64,000 nucleotides of DNA. It comes from Oligoflexia bacterium (GTDB lineage: Bacteria; Bdellovibrionota; UBA1018). Every line of letters begins with the position of its first letter. Positions within the stretch are counted from its first letter, which is position 1. This document shows, piece by piece, positions 41,458 through 51,418 of this stretch. Under the pieces are notes generated by a model. The model had not been told where the DNA came from, searched no databases, and saw only the letters and a list, made by a program, of their open reading frames with translations. The stretch spans positions 480,001 through 544,000 of the forward strand of contig CAVWVI010000003.1 in NCBI GenBank assembly GCA_963758495.1, given 5' to 3'. The position numbers and the translations under genes were made by a program.

Positions 41458-41629
41458 AAGCCAGATTTTTGGCGGAACAGCTCTGCAAAATTTTCCTAGC
41501 TTTTTGGTGGCACAATACTGCAAGATCTTCCATAAGCAGTTCCTTTCGGGCCGTTGACAAGCACGGCAAGGAATCCAGCTAACAGTGAGTTAGCGGCTGA
41601 AAAACCATTTGAGAGATACTGGGCTTTAC

Positions 41630-42058
41630 ATGATAACCACTCTGACTAACGACATACGATGGCATCAAAGACTGGAGAATTTCAGTAGAGCACTCTCGCA
41701 GCTACGAACAGCAGTAGCACTGAGCCGTCAAAGATCCCTTTCCGAACTAGAGATCCAGGGACTGATCCAAGCTTTTGAATTTACTCACGAGCTGGCCTGG
41801 AACGTTATCAAAGACTTCTTTTTTGAGCAAGGCAACAGCTCCATCATGGGCTCTAAAGACGCTACACGCGAGGCTTTTCAGCACAGCCTGATTGAAGATG
41901 GACAGAGCTGGATGGATATGATTCGAAGCAGAAATTTGAGCACTCACACTTATAACGAAGTGACTGCTCTTGAAATAGCTCATAAAATTCTTGTCATCTA
42001 TTTCCCACTTTTTGAGAGCTTTTTAAATAAAATGAATGAGCTGAAATCGACAAAATGA
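41630..42058 (+). CDS. HEPN protein, HI0074 family (nucleotidyltransferase substrate-binding)
   Basis: RWHQR.ENF, GLIQAFEFTHELAW and RNLSTHTY (Rx4H). Confidence 0.92.
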   Translation: MITTLTNDIRWHQRLENFSRALSQLRTAVALSRQRSLSELEIQGLIQAFEFTHELAWNVIKDFFFEQGNSSIMGSKDATREAFQHSLIEDGQSWMDMIRSRNLSTHTYNEVTALEIAHKILVIYFPLFESFLNKMNELKSTK

Positions 42059-42381
42059 CCTTAAACTGCATTCATGCTTTTGGACTTGAACCCGAATTGC
42101 TGTCAAAAATCATTGATGTCTTTAAAAAGTATAACAACGTCGAAAAGGTCGTCCTCTATGGATCTCGTGCAAAAGGGACATATAGACCAGGATCAGACAT
42201 TGACCTTAACCTGGAAGGTGAGAAATTAGACGATTTGACTCTCCTTCAAATTGAAAACGATCTAGATGGTCTGATGTTGCCCTATAAAATGGACATTTCA
42301 GCAAAAAAATCCATCACCCATCAGAAACTTTTGGATCATATTTCAAGAGTTGGGAAAATTATTTTTCAAAGAACGAGTTAG
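42055..42381 (+). CDS. Minimal nucleotidyltransferase (MNT)
   Basis: LYGSRAKG...SDIDL. Confidence 0.92.
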   Translation: MTLNCIHAFGLEPELLSKIIDVFKKYNNVEKVVLYGSRAKGTYRPGSDIDLNLEGEKLDDLTLLQIENDLDGLMLPYKMDISAKKSITHQKLLDHISRVGKIIFQRTS

Positions 42382-42427
42382 ACATCAGACTTGCACGACC
42401 TCTCTAACAGAGATATGGATCTCTTTA

Positions 42428-43816
42428 ATGCTGCACGAAAATGTCTTACAGGCAATTGGCAATACGCCCATCGTTCGACTCAACCGAGTCGCTCAAGGGA
42501 TTCATGCAAATATTTATGTAAAACTCGAATTCACGAATCCAGGAGGGTCCATTAAAGACCGAATCGGCTGGTGGATGATCGAGGACGCCGAAAAGAGAGG
42601 TCTGCTCCAACCAGGTGGCACTATCGTAGAAGGAACCAGTGGAAATACAGGTGTCGGCCTGGCTATTGCTGCTGCAATTAAAGGCTATAAGTGCATTTTT
42701 GTTCTTCCCGATAAAATGTCTTCGGAAAAAATCAGAAACCTCAGGGCATTTGGAGCTAAAGTAGTGGTTACACCGACGGCTGTCGAGCCTGATGATCCTC
42801 GAAGTTACTATCAAGTTTCTCGTAGATTAGCGCGTGAGACTCCCAACTCCCTCTATATGAATCAATACGACAATCTCTCGAATCGAGAAGCTCATTACAA
42901 AATGACTGGCCCAGAAATTCTGAGTCAAATGCCTGAAATTGATGCTTTTGTCGCAGGGATCGGAACAGGCGGCACTATTTGTGGTGTGGGAAAATATTTA
43001 AAGGAAAAAAAGCCCTTATGTCAGGTCATTGCAGTCGATCCTGTGGGCTCTATTGTTTATGAATATTTTAAAAGCGGAAAGATTCTGAGCGCACCCAAAA
43101 CTTACAAGATTGAGGGTATCGGTGAAGATTTCATTCCAAAGAATTACGACCTTTCCGTAATCGACGATGTAGTACAAGTGGAGGACAAGGAATCCTTCTT
43201 ACTCACTCGCGACCTCTTAACAAAAGAGGGACTTTTTGCGGGTATCTCGAGTGGCTCTGCTGTCATGGGAGCAATAAGATGGGTCAAGAAACAAGGTGAG
43301 CGCTTTAAAAATAAAAATATTCTCGTCATTCTTCCTGATAGCGGCAATCGGTACATGTCTAAGGTCTATAATGATGACTGGATGAGGGAAGCAGGTTTTC
43401 TCGAAAAGCCCTCTATGGGTTCCGTCGCGGATCTGATGCATATGACTCGAGCCAATCGGATTTCGATTGTTCTCGCCAAACAGACTGATAAGGTCTCGGC
43501 GGTCATTGAACGAATGCGAGAAAAAAATATTAGTCAACTTCCGATTTCGGATGATGCAGGTTGGATTAAGGGAGTAGTCACAGAAGGTGCCATTTTAAAT
43601 GCACTTTACGAAAATCGAATTCAACCGACAGACTCGATTGAAAATCTCGTTGATCCTTCTGTTGAGTTTGTCACTCCAGAAGACCCCATTGAAAAAGTTT
43701 CACGTCTTGTGACCGCTGGCAAAACTCCACTTGTTACAGATCCAAATAAACAAGGTGAACTTCTGACCATCATTACTAAAATTGATCTTCTTACTTTTCT
43801 AGGACATCGCACATGA
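42428..43816 (+). CDS. cbs: Cystathionine beta-synthase with C-terminal CBS pair
   Basis: NPGGSIKDR, TSGNTG, GIGTGGT and EGIGEDFIP; CBS domains; likely start ATG 42428. Confidence 0.92.
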   Translation: MLHENVLQAIGNTPIVRLNRVAQGIHANIYVKLEFTNPGGSIKDRIGWWMIEDAEKRGLLQPGGTIVEGTSGNTGVGLAIAAAIKGYKCIFVLPDKMSSEKIRNLRAFGAKVVVTPTAVEPDDPRSYYQVSRRLARETPNSLYMNQYDNLSNREAHYKMTGPEILSQMPEIDAFVAGIGTGGTICGVGKYLKEKKPLCQVIAVDPVGSIVYEYFKSGKILSAPKTYKIEGIGEDFIPKNYDLSVIDDVVQVEDKESFLLTRDLLTKEGLFAGISSGSAVMGAIRWVKKQGERFKNKNILVILPDSGNRYMSKVYNDDWMREAGFLEKPSMGSVADLMHMTRANRISIVLAKQTDKVSAVIERMREKNISQLPISDDAGWIKGVVTEGAILNALYENRIQPTDSIENLVDPSVEFVTPEDPIEKVSRLVTAGKTPLVTDPNKQGELLTIITKIDLLTFLGHRT

Positions 43817-44976
43817 AAGAATCCCATTTAGATACAAAAAAAGGTTTTGGAACTTTAGCCATTCATGCAGGACAAGCACCAGAACCTATGACTGGCGCAG
43901 TCATGACGCCGATTTTTCAAACTAGCACTTATGTTCAAGAATCTCCGGGCAAGCATCGTGGATATGAATACTCCAGAACCGACAACCCCACTCGAACTGC
44001 TTATCAAGATTGTGTTGCAGCTCTTGAAGGAGCCAAACATGCCCTTGCCTTCGCTTCTGGGCTTGCAACCACAGATGCTGTATTGCACACATTAAAAGCC
44101 GGAGACCATGTTGTTTCATGCGACGACGTTTATGGCGGCACTTTCCGTATTTTTGACAAAGTATTTAAGAAGATGGGAATTGAATTCACCTTCGCCGATC
44201 TCTCTGATTTAAAAAAAGCCGAGACCGCTTTTCGCCCGAATACAAAATTACTTTGGATGGAAAGTCCAACCAATCCCATGCTGAAAATTTTAGACATTAA
44301 AGGACTCACGGCACTCGCAGCACGCAAAAATGTCATTTCAGTTGTCGATAATACTTTCATGAGCCCTTATTTTCAAAAGCCCCTTGAACTGGGTGCTGAC
44401 ATTGTCGTTCACAGTGTCACCAAATACATGAACGGACATAGCGATGTTGTGGGGGGTGTCTTAGCAACGAACAACACTCCATTATATACGGATTTAAAAT
44501 TCTTCCAAAACGCGGTTGGCGCAATCCCTGCTCCCATGGATTGCTTTTTAGTACTGCGAGGACTGAAAACTTTGCATGTACGAATGGAGCGCCACGCTCA
44601 AAATGCGATGGCTATTGCACGTTATCTGGAGAAGCATCCAAAAATTGAGAAAGTGATTTATCCAGGGCTCGAATCGCATCCTCAGCATGCGCTTGCGCGC
44701 GAGCAGATGTCAGGGTTTGGTGGAATGATTACTTTTTTTATTAAAGGGGGCTTGACTGAAGCCAGGACATTCTTAGAAAAAGTCCGTATTTTCGCATTGG
44801 CGGAAAGCTTAGGTGGTGTTGAATCTCTCATTGAACATCCTGCGATTATGACTCATGCAAGCATTCCCGCAGAAACTCGTAACTCTCTCGGAATTCATGA
44901 TAATCTGATCCGAATCAGTACTGGGATTGAAGATCTTGCAGATCTCACCGCAGATTTGGCTCAGGCGTTACTATAA
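43813..44976 (+). CDS. Cystathionine gamma-lyase/synthase
   Basis: YSRTDNPT, ESPTNP, HSVTKYMNGHSD and AESLGGVESL; coupling to CBS suggests a gamma-lyase. Confidence 0.92.
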   Translation: MKESHLDTKKGFGTLAIHAGQAPEPMTGAVMTPIFQTSTYVQESPGKHRGYEYSRTDNPTRTAYQDCVAALEGAKHALAFASGLATTDAVLHTLKAGDHVVSCDDVYGGTFRIFDKVFKKMGIEFTFADLSDLKKAETAFRPNTKLLWMESPTNPMLKILDIKGLTALAARKNVISVVDNTFMSPYFQKPLELGADIVVHSVTKYMNGHSDVVGGVLATNNTPLYTDLKFFQNAVGAIPAPMDCFLVLRGLKTLHVRMERHAQNAMAIARYLEKHPKIEKVIYPGLESHPQHALAREQMSGFGGMITFFIKGGLTEARTFLEKVRIFALAESLGGVESLIEHPAIMTHASIPAETRNSLGIHDNLIRISTGIEDLADLTADLAQALL

Positions 44977-45155
44977 ATTCGTAACTACTCACGCATAGCA
45001 TTCAGTTGAAAATATCTCCATTCGAAGCCTCAGGAATCGAGCGGCAAATTTTTGACTATCTGAAATACTATTTTTAAAATACATCTTGTAGATTTAGCAT
45101 ATAGTCATAATAATAGAATATATCGCATAGCGGATAAGGTGATTATATTCGATTT

Positions 45156-46301
45156 TTGGAATATTTATTTTCATACAAATTATTCATGCCCCACGGTCAT
45201 TGTTTTCTTTGGAGTTCTGATATTCTGTGGGTTTCAGTCATTTCAGACGCCGTGATTGCTACGGCGTACTATGCGATTCCACCTGTACTATTTTATTTCA
45301 CTAGGAAGAAAAAAGATCTTCCATTTGTTTGGATGTTTTTTCTATTTTGTGGATTTATACTATTATGCGGAACGACACATATACTTGATATATGGACAAT
45401 TTGGATTCCAGTCTACCGATTGTTAACTTTTACAAAAGCAATTACTGCGAGTATATCTATTGTAACTGCTATTTTGCTTATTCCTCTCATTCCGAAAGCG
45501 CTATCGCTCAGAAGTCCAGCCGAACTTGCAGCAAAGAATAAGGAGTTAGAGAGCGAAATAAAAGAGCGCGAACGGATGGAAAAACTTTTAAAAGAACAAC
45601 AATTAAGGACTACTGAGTCCGCAAAAATGTGTGCTTTAGGTGAGATGGCTGGAGGAATCGCCCATGAGGTTAATAACCCCCTGACAGGCATTAAAAATAC
45701 AATCTCACAAATGGCCGAGCTTTTGACTGAAGATCCCATTGATAGGAAAACTCTCATTGAAATGGCGAACACCATTGAGAAGACAGCAGATCGAGTTGCT
45801 AAAATCGTTCAGGGACTTCGGTCCTTTTCCAGGGATGGAAGCCAGGATCAACACCAAAATGTAAACTGTAGGCAACTGATTGATGAAACATTAGCTTTCT
45901 GCAACGAACGATTCAAAACTCACCGGATTCAATTAGTAATAGAAGAATTCAAAGACGACGTTGCGTTTAATGGTAATTTTATCCAAATCTCCCAGGTTCT
46001 TCTTAACCTCTTGAACAATGCTTATGATGCCGTCCAGAACCTTGAAGAAAAGTGGGTCAAAATTTCAATTATCGATCGACAAGAAAAGGTAGAGATTTCT
46101 GTAACAGACAGCGGTCAGGGCATTACCTTCGAAAACCAGAGTAAGCTTTTCCAGCCTTTTTTCACGACGAAAGAGATCGGCAAAGGGACTGGAATTGGCT
46201 TAAGTATTGCGTTAGGAATTATTCAGAGTCACCGGGGAGAGATAAAAATTGACCCACTATGTAAGAATACAAAATTTTTGATCCTCATACCGAAAAAATA
46301 A
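45156..46301 (+). CDS. Histidine kinase with ethylene-receptor-type 3-TM sensor
   Basis: MPHGHC, ISDAVIATAYYAIP and FILLCGTTH; H-box IAHEVNNPL; FFTTK..GKGTGIGL. Confidence 0.9.
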   Translation: MEYLFSYKLFMPHGHCFLWSSDILWVSVISDAVIATAYYAIPPVLFYFTRKKKDLPFVWMFFLFCGFILLCGTTHILDIWTIWIPVYRLLTFTKAITASISIVTAILLIPLIPKALSLRSPAELAAKNKELESEIKERERMEKLLKEQQLRTTESAKMCALGEMAGGIAHEVNNPLTGIKNTISQMAELLTEDPIDRKTLIEMANTIEKTADRVAKIVQGLRSFSRDGSQDQHQNVNCRQLIDETLAFCNERFKTHRIQLVIEEFKDDVAFNGNFIQISQVLLNLLNNAYDAVQNLEEKWVKISIIDRQEKVEISVTDSGQGITFENQSKLFQPFFTTKEIGKGTGIGLSIALGIIQSHRGEIKIDPLCKNTKFLILIPKK

Positions 46302-46342
46302 AAAACAAAAGCATCGAACTTTATGGAGATTAGGAATAAAAA

Positions 46343-46726
46343 ATGGGAGACCTAAAAAAATATACGATCCTTGTGGTCGATGATGAGGAAATCGTCCGAA
46401 ATTCCGTTAGTTTTGATTTTAAGAGAAAAGGTTTTACAGTTTTTTCTGCCGAGAGCGGTGATGAAGGATTTAATATTGTAAAGGCAAATAAAACCGATCT
46501 TGTTCTCTCAGACATTCGGATGCCTAACGGCGATGGATTGTCACTTCTCGAACAAATTAGGACCTACGATCCAGCTATTCCGATAGTTATTTTTATGACT
46601 GGCTTCAGTCAAATCAGCGAGAAAGAATGTATTTCCAAGGGAGCACAAAAAGTAATTCTAAAACCATACGACCGTAAGCAGCTTATGGACACTATATTTC
46701 AAATGCTTGGCATTCCTGCAGTTTGA
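46343..46726 (+). CDS. Single-domain response regulator
   Basis: VVDDE, SDIRMP, MTG and KP. Confidence 0.93.
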   Translation: MGDLKKYTILVVDDEEIVRNSVSFDFKRKGFTVFSAESGDEGFNIVKANKTDLVLSDIRMPNGDGLSLLEQIRTYDPAIPIVIFMTGFSQISEKECISKGAQKVILKPYDRKQLMDTIFQMLGIPAV

Positions 46727-46784
46727 GAACATAACGAAAATCCTAAAACATGGACGTAGAGAGAGCCCTTGAGTATAGAGCTTC

Positions 46785-47921
46785 TTAAGTCGCCTTAGCA
46801 AGTCGAAGGACTCGTGAATTCACATCGAAGATGATTGCTGTGCAATCTCGCGCAGGCACATCGTTTTCATCCCCAAGTTTTGACTTCACTTTAAATGCAA
46901 ACTCGTTGAGAACCTTAAGCGAATCATTGTCTCTAAACTGATCTAAATAGTTTCGAATTCCGGCAGCACTTTCGAATGCTTGGGTAAACCCATCAGAGAC
47001 CAAAGCAAATCTGCTCTCCGGTTCAAGATGAATCTCACCTTCTTTTTCTGTTTTAAATCCAGAACTGCTTGAAATTACGCCGCCTTGACGCGGTAACTCA
47101 AAAGTAGAGTGACCCAGTGCTGAGTAGTAAGCTGAAATATTCCCAAAGTTCATATACCTTAAACACTGATCTTCACGAGAATAGCTTCCATAAAATAAAG
47201 AAAGTTGATTTTTCTCTCCTAATAAAGCTGCTAATTCATCGTAAATTCGTTTTACAACCTCAGTCGTTGCTCCTTTTTTTCTAAGATGATCCAATGAAAG
47301 CTTAGCAGTGACACTCATCACACTCGAAAGAACTGCACTGGAAAGTCCATAACTGGTTGAATGAGAAAGAATGATAGACAGTTGCTTTTTATCGCTCGAC
47401 TCTGCCAAGTCAAAATAATCACCACCCGATCGCATTCCTGCAATATAGCGGCTCGACACTTTAAAACCCTTCACTTGGGGAAAGCGCTTAGGAAGCTTAG
47501 CTTTTTGAATCCGCTCTGCTACGCGAAGCTCTTCGTGAAGGTATTCCAAAACATCTGAGAAGGAGGCATGCATCTCTTCCACTTCCTTCCACATTAAAAT
47601 TTGCTCATAGCAACGAACTTTACTCATGACCTCGAGACGGCGAAAAGGAATTGTAATCAGATCATCTACCAGCCCCCGAGCGAGTAGATCAGGAAAAGGA
47701 TGATGTTCATCTAACACCAAAAAAATAGCACGCCCTTTGCGATCTAACTTTTTTAAAAATTCTTCTAATTGTCCTAAAGTCCCATCTACAAAAACAATCT
47801 GGCCATATTCTTTCACTTCTGAAGCTTGCGTCACTCGAATGTCAACGACGCTGCTCAATTGATTGACCCAATTTTTTAACTTTTCAACATCTTCTGAATA
47901 GACTGTAAGACTTAAACTCAT
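46785..47921 (-). CDS. RsbU/SpoIIE (PP2C)-like protein with degenerate receiver domain
   Basis: AERIQ..LP, GGDYFD, VSDG and RDCT; the DxxGHG motif is replaced by HSTSYG. Confidence 0.75.
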   Translation of the reverse strand: MSLSLTVYSEDVEKLKNWVNQLSSVVDIRVTQASEVKEYGQIVFVDGTLGQLEEFLKKLDRKGRAIFLVLDEHHPFPDLLARGLVDDLITIPFRRLEVMSKVRCYEQILMWKEVEEMHASFSDVLEYLHEELRVAERIQKAKLPKRFPQVKGFKVSSRYIAGMRSGGDYFDLAESSDKKQLSIILSHSTSYGLSSAVLSSVMSVTAKLSLDHLRKKGATTEVVKRIYDELAALLGEKNQLSLFYGSYSREDQCLRYMNFGNISAYYSALGHSTFELPRQGGVISSSSGFKTEKEGEIHLEPESRFALVSDGFTQAFESAAGIRNYLDQFRDNDSLKVLNEFAFKVKSKLGDENDVPARDCTAIIFDVNSRVLRLAKAT

Positions 47922-47942
47922 AGCTCTTTCCCCGTCTCCACT

Positions 47943-49079
47943 CTAGAATGTTCTCATCTGGTATTGCAGCATGAAGCGTGAGTCACCCACACTCATATAC
48001 GAACCGCCAATCTCCTCTGTGTACCAAGTCAGAGCAATCTCGGCACCCGGTCGTTTCATACCGAATCCAGCACTCGGGTATCCATCACCCCAGCCACCTC
48101 TCAAAAAGATTCCACTTTGAAATATAAACTCTGTCCCAATTGCGAGATGACCCAAAAATGCATCACCCGATTGATTCGTTATGTCTCGGTCCTCCAGTAC
48201 CAAATTCATCGCCACACCTTGCCCAAGGACAGGCGTAATACTGAATGACCCATCAAAAGTCATAGGCTCCGTAGCAGGTGCGCCAGTAGAAGTACTCGTG
48301 AATGAAATAAGTGAATTTGAATTATATTGTGTATTAAAGACATTTCTTGCCACCAGATTCACCGATGGAAGTAAACGAATAGGAGCTGTTATCGCTACAC
48401 CGACTGTATGTGAAAAACCAGAGCCTTGCGCAAGTCCCTGATTGTAACCTAAAGGGGATGTGTCTCCCGGAACCGTCGGAGTTCCTATTGCTTCATTCAC
48501 CCATTGTAAACTATAGCCCAACCGCACCACTCCATCAAAGAGACGAAAGCCCGTTCCAAGAGTCGGAATAAATTGATAAAGGCTTTTATAGGTAATGGAA
48601 CCCTGTGAATTCGCTTGCGCAGCGAGTTGTGATTGCATTAAAATTCCGAAGGCCAACCCTGGAAAACCAAAGTTTGGTAATATCGCCCCCCCTACGCCGG
48701 CGAGTTGTCTCTTATTACTATCTAAAGTCGCTTGATAGGAACTCAAACTAGTTACTTGGAAGAAGTTCAAACCCATCATACTTAGATAAGAAGAACTCGC
48801 ATAAATAGAGTAATTGATAGGTTCAAATACTGCTTTTCTGATTTTTCCTAAATCTGCCGGATTGTAAAATAACCCGGACGCAGGGTCATCGCCCAAAGGT
48901 AAATACGCATCCCCCATGGCGGCCGCTCTACCGGAAGTATATCGAGAACCGGGAATGATATCTTCTCTCGCAAATGCCGAGATACTTAATCCCAAACAGC
49001 CTAAAATAAATACTACGAATGTGAGTAGATTAAGGAATGTTTTACTCCAACTTAAAAATGAAAAGTTCTTACGTTTCGT
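47943..49079 (-). CDS. Outer-membrane beta-barrel (FadL/PorV/TraF-like); start uncertain
   Basis: GRAAAMGDAY...FYNPA plug motif and C-terminal Phe. The frame is open upstream of the track start (48995) through a full signal peptide back to ACG 49079. Confidence 0.7.
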   Translation of the reverse strand, partial: TKRKNFSFLSWSKTFLNLLTFVVFILGCLGLSISAFAREDIIPGSRYTSGRAAAMGDAYLPLGDDPASGLFYNPADLGKIRKAVFEPINYSIYASSSYLSMMGLNFFQVTSLSSYQATLDSNKRQLAGVGGAILPNFGFPGLAFGILMQSQLAAQANSQGSITYKSLYQFIPTLGTGFRLFDGVVRLGYSLQWVNEAIGTPTVPGDTSPLGYNQGLAQGSGFSHTVGVAITAPIRLLPSVNLVARNVFNTQYNSNSLISFTSTSTGAPATEPMTFDGSFSITPVLGQGVAMNLVLEDRDITNQSGDAFLGHLAIGTEFIFQSGIFLRGGWGDGYPSAGFGMKRPGAEIALTWYTEEIGGSYMSVGDSRFMLQYQMRTF

Positions 49080-49746
49080 ATTTGTACCCTATTCCGTAAA
49101 TAGAGAGAATATGCTTGGATAGACCTGGGATTTTACGCCTCAGTGCCCTAATATGAACATCAATAGTCCGATCATTTGCTTTAGAGGAATCCTCTTTCCA
49201 TACTTCTTTTAAAATTTTATCTCGAGATACAATATTTCCGTGCTTTTGAGCAAGGTATCGGAGAATATCAAATTCTGTCAAGGTGAGTTGCGCTTTTTTC
49301 CCTTCAAATATGACCTCACGGCTTGTCGGATCAATACTGAGATTACCAACTAGGATCGTTTGGACACTTTGTGCTTCGCTTTTTCTCAAATGAACTTTAA
49401 TTCGAGCGAGCAGTTCCTTGTAGTCAAAAGGCTTTGCTATATAATCATCAGCCCCCAGTGAGAGACCTTGTGTAATTTCAGTAACGCTACTTCTAGCAGA
49501 TAAGAAGATAATTGGAATTCGACTTGTTTTCTCATCTTTCTTGAGGAGACTGCAAGCATCGTAGCCACTTAAGATAGGAAGCGTGACATCTAGAATGATC
49601 AGATTTGGAGATTTATTTCGAGCGTAATCTACTCCAATTACTCCATTAGGCGCGACGATGATTTCGAATTCCTTTTTAAGCATGGCCTCTAGAAATCTTC
49701 TCGTGTCCGCATTGTCTTCAATAATTAAAATCTTTGATCTATTCAT
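49069..49746 (-). CDS. OmpR/PhoB-family response regulator
   Basis: REC domain plus winged helix LTLTEF...RTIDVHIRALRRK...YGIGYK. Confidence 0.95.
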   Translation of the reverse strand: MNRSKILIIEDNADTRRFLEAMLKKEFEIIVAPNGVIGVDYARNKSPNLIILDVTLPILSGYDACSLLKKDEKTSRIPIIFLSARSSVTEITQGLSLGADDYIAKPFDYKELLARIKVHLRKSEAQSVQTILVGNLSIDPTSREVIFEGKKAQLTLTEFDILRYLAQKHGNIVSRDKILKEVWKEDSSKANDRTIDVHIRALRRKIPGLSKHILSIYGIGYKYET

Positions 49747-49747
49747 T

Positions 49748-50395
49748 CTATGCGGCCCTATGAAAGTGACTTGTTACAAACTCTTCCGTGATTTCCTCTT
49801 CAATCGAGCCCCACTTTGGGTGAGCTTTTAGAAAGATTCGCGCTAGATGAGTATCAAATTGGCGGCCCGAGAATTTTATAATTTCCTGATACGCAAACTC
49901 ATAAGAGCGTCCTTTTCTGTAGGAGCGCGTCGTAGTGATGGCGTCAAAGGTATCCGCAATCAAAATAATTCTGGCATGAACAGGAATTAAATCTCCCTGA
50001 AGACCGTCTGGATAACCACGACCATCAACTCGTTCATGATGATGTTTAATTGCAGGAAACATAGATCTAAAAAATGGAATTTTTGAGAGCGGATCCAAGA
50101 TCTCAACACTTCGAACGGGATGCTCTCGTATGATCTCTTCCTCTTCAGCGGTGAGGCGTCCGGGTTTCATTAAGACTCTATCAGGAATACCAATTTTTCC
50201 TAAGTCATGAAACACACTTGAGTATTCGACCTGTTTTTGCTCAAATTCGCTCAGGCCAGCTGCTTTCGCTAAGAGCCGTGCATTTCGGGAGACACGGCGG
50301 CAATGCCCATACGTATAGGGATCTCTCTCCATCAGTGTCTGGAGAAGTGTTTTAGATAATAATTCTGCCCAATCGGGAATTTTGTCCCATGCCAT
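49748..50395 (-). CDS. Stand-alone HD-GYP c-di-GMP phosphodiesterase
   Basis: HDLGK, HHERVDGRGYP, ADTFDA and QFD. Confidence 0.95.
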   Translation of the reverse strand: MAWDKIPDWAELLSKTLLQTLMERDPYTYGHCRRVSRNARLLAKAAGLSEFEQKQVEYSSVFHDLGKIGIPDRVLMKPGRLTAEEEEIIREHPVRSVEILDPLSKIPFFRSMFPAIKHHHERVDGRGYPDGLQGDLIPVHARIILIADTFDAITTTRSYRKGRSYEFAYQEIIKFSGRQFDTHLARIFLKAHPKWGSIEEEITEEFVTSHFHRAA

Positions 50396-50405
50396 GTCAG
50401 TCTCT

Positions 50406-50433
50406 TTATCGACACGGGGGATGGGGTACTTGA
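50406..50433 (-). promoter_or_regulatory. sigma28-like promoter of the HD-GYP operon
   Basis: TCAA-N16-GTCGATAA ending 10 nt before the ATG. Confidence 0.55.
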
Positions 50434-50536
50434 GAAAATTATTCTCACTCGTTAAACTACGACCATAATACAGTGCATTGTAATTATTTAGGTAGTATAT
50501 TGGGTCAAAATATTTCGAAAGTTAGGTTTTATTTAA

Positions 50537-51418
50537 ATGAGTACTGATTTATTGCTTTATTTGGGCACTATCTCTATTTGGGGATCTACTTGGCTCGTTA
50601 CTAAATTTCAATCGGGAGTAGTTTCTCCAGAAGTCTCGGTAGTTTATCGCTTCGCACTCGCTTCTATGATCCTTTTTATTTGGTGTTGGATAAAAAAGCT
50701 CAATCTCCGATTTTCACTGCAAGACCATTTTTTTATGATGTTACAAGGACTTGCTCTTTTTGGTTTAAATTATCAATTAATCTATTTGGCATCTCAATCT
50801 ATACCATCAGGACTGAATGCAGTGATTTTTTCGTCTATCTTAATCTTTGATATTATTAATTCTACCCTTTTTTATCATATGGCCATTACAGGTCGGACTG
50901 TATTAGCGGCACTTCTAGGATTGGTTGGAGTTGGGACGGTATTTTCTACCGAGTTATCTTCTCTGGATTACGCTCACGGACCTCTATTTGGATATATTTG
51001 CAGTCTGGGTGCTGCCATCATTACATCCTTTGGACATATGGTCGCGGTTCGACATCATAGGCGATCATTACCGGTGACTGAAACGAATGCGTTTGCAATG
51101 GGATATGGTGCGATTCTAACTACAATTTTATTGCTCATAAGAGGGATTCCCTTTTCTTTTGATGTATCTGCGCCGTACCTTACTTCGCTTTTTTATTTAA
51201 GCGTTTTTGGGTCGGTTTTTGCATTTGGATGCTACCTAAAACTTCAGGGGAGAATTGGGCCACAGCGATCAGCTTATGCTCCGGCAGTTACTCCCATCAT
51301 TGCTCTTGGAATATCAACTCTATTTGAAAATTATATTTGGACCTTGCAAGCAATTGTAGGATTTATTTTAATCCTTCTAGGCAATGTACTGGTTCTAGCA
51401 AGAAAAAAAAGTTCTTAA
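50537..51418 (+). CDS. EamA/DMT transporter
   Basis: About 10 TM helices; IWGSTW, YRF and YLSVFGSVFAF. Confidence 0.93.
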   Translation: MSTDLLLYLGTISIWGSTWLVTKFQSGVVSPEVSVVYRFALASMILFIWCWIKKLNLRFSLQDHFFMMLQGLALFGLNYQLIYLASQSIPSGLNAVIFSSILIFDIINSTLFYHMAITGRTVLAALLGLVGVGTVFSTELSSLDYAHGPLFGYICSLGAAIITSFGHMVAVRHHRRSLPVTETNAFAMGYGAILTTILLLIRGIPFSFDVSAPYLTSLFYLSVFGSVFAFGCYLKLQGRIGPQRSAYAPAVTPIIALGISTLFENYIWTLQAIVGFILILLGNVLVLARKKSS

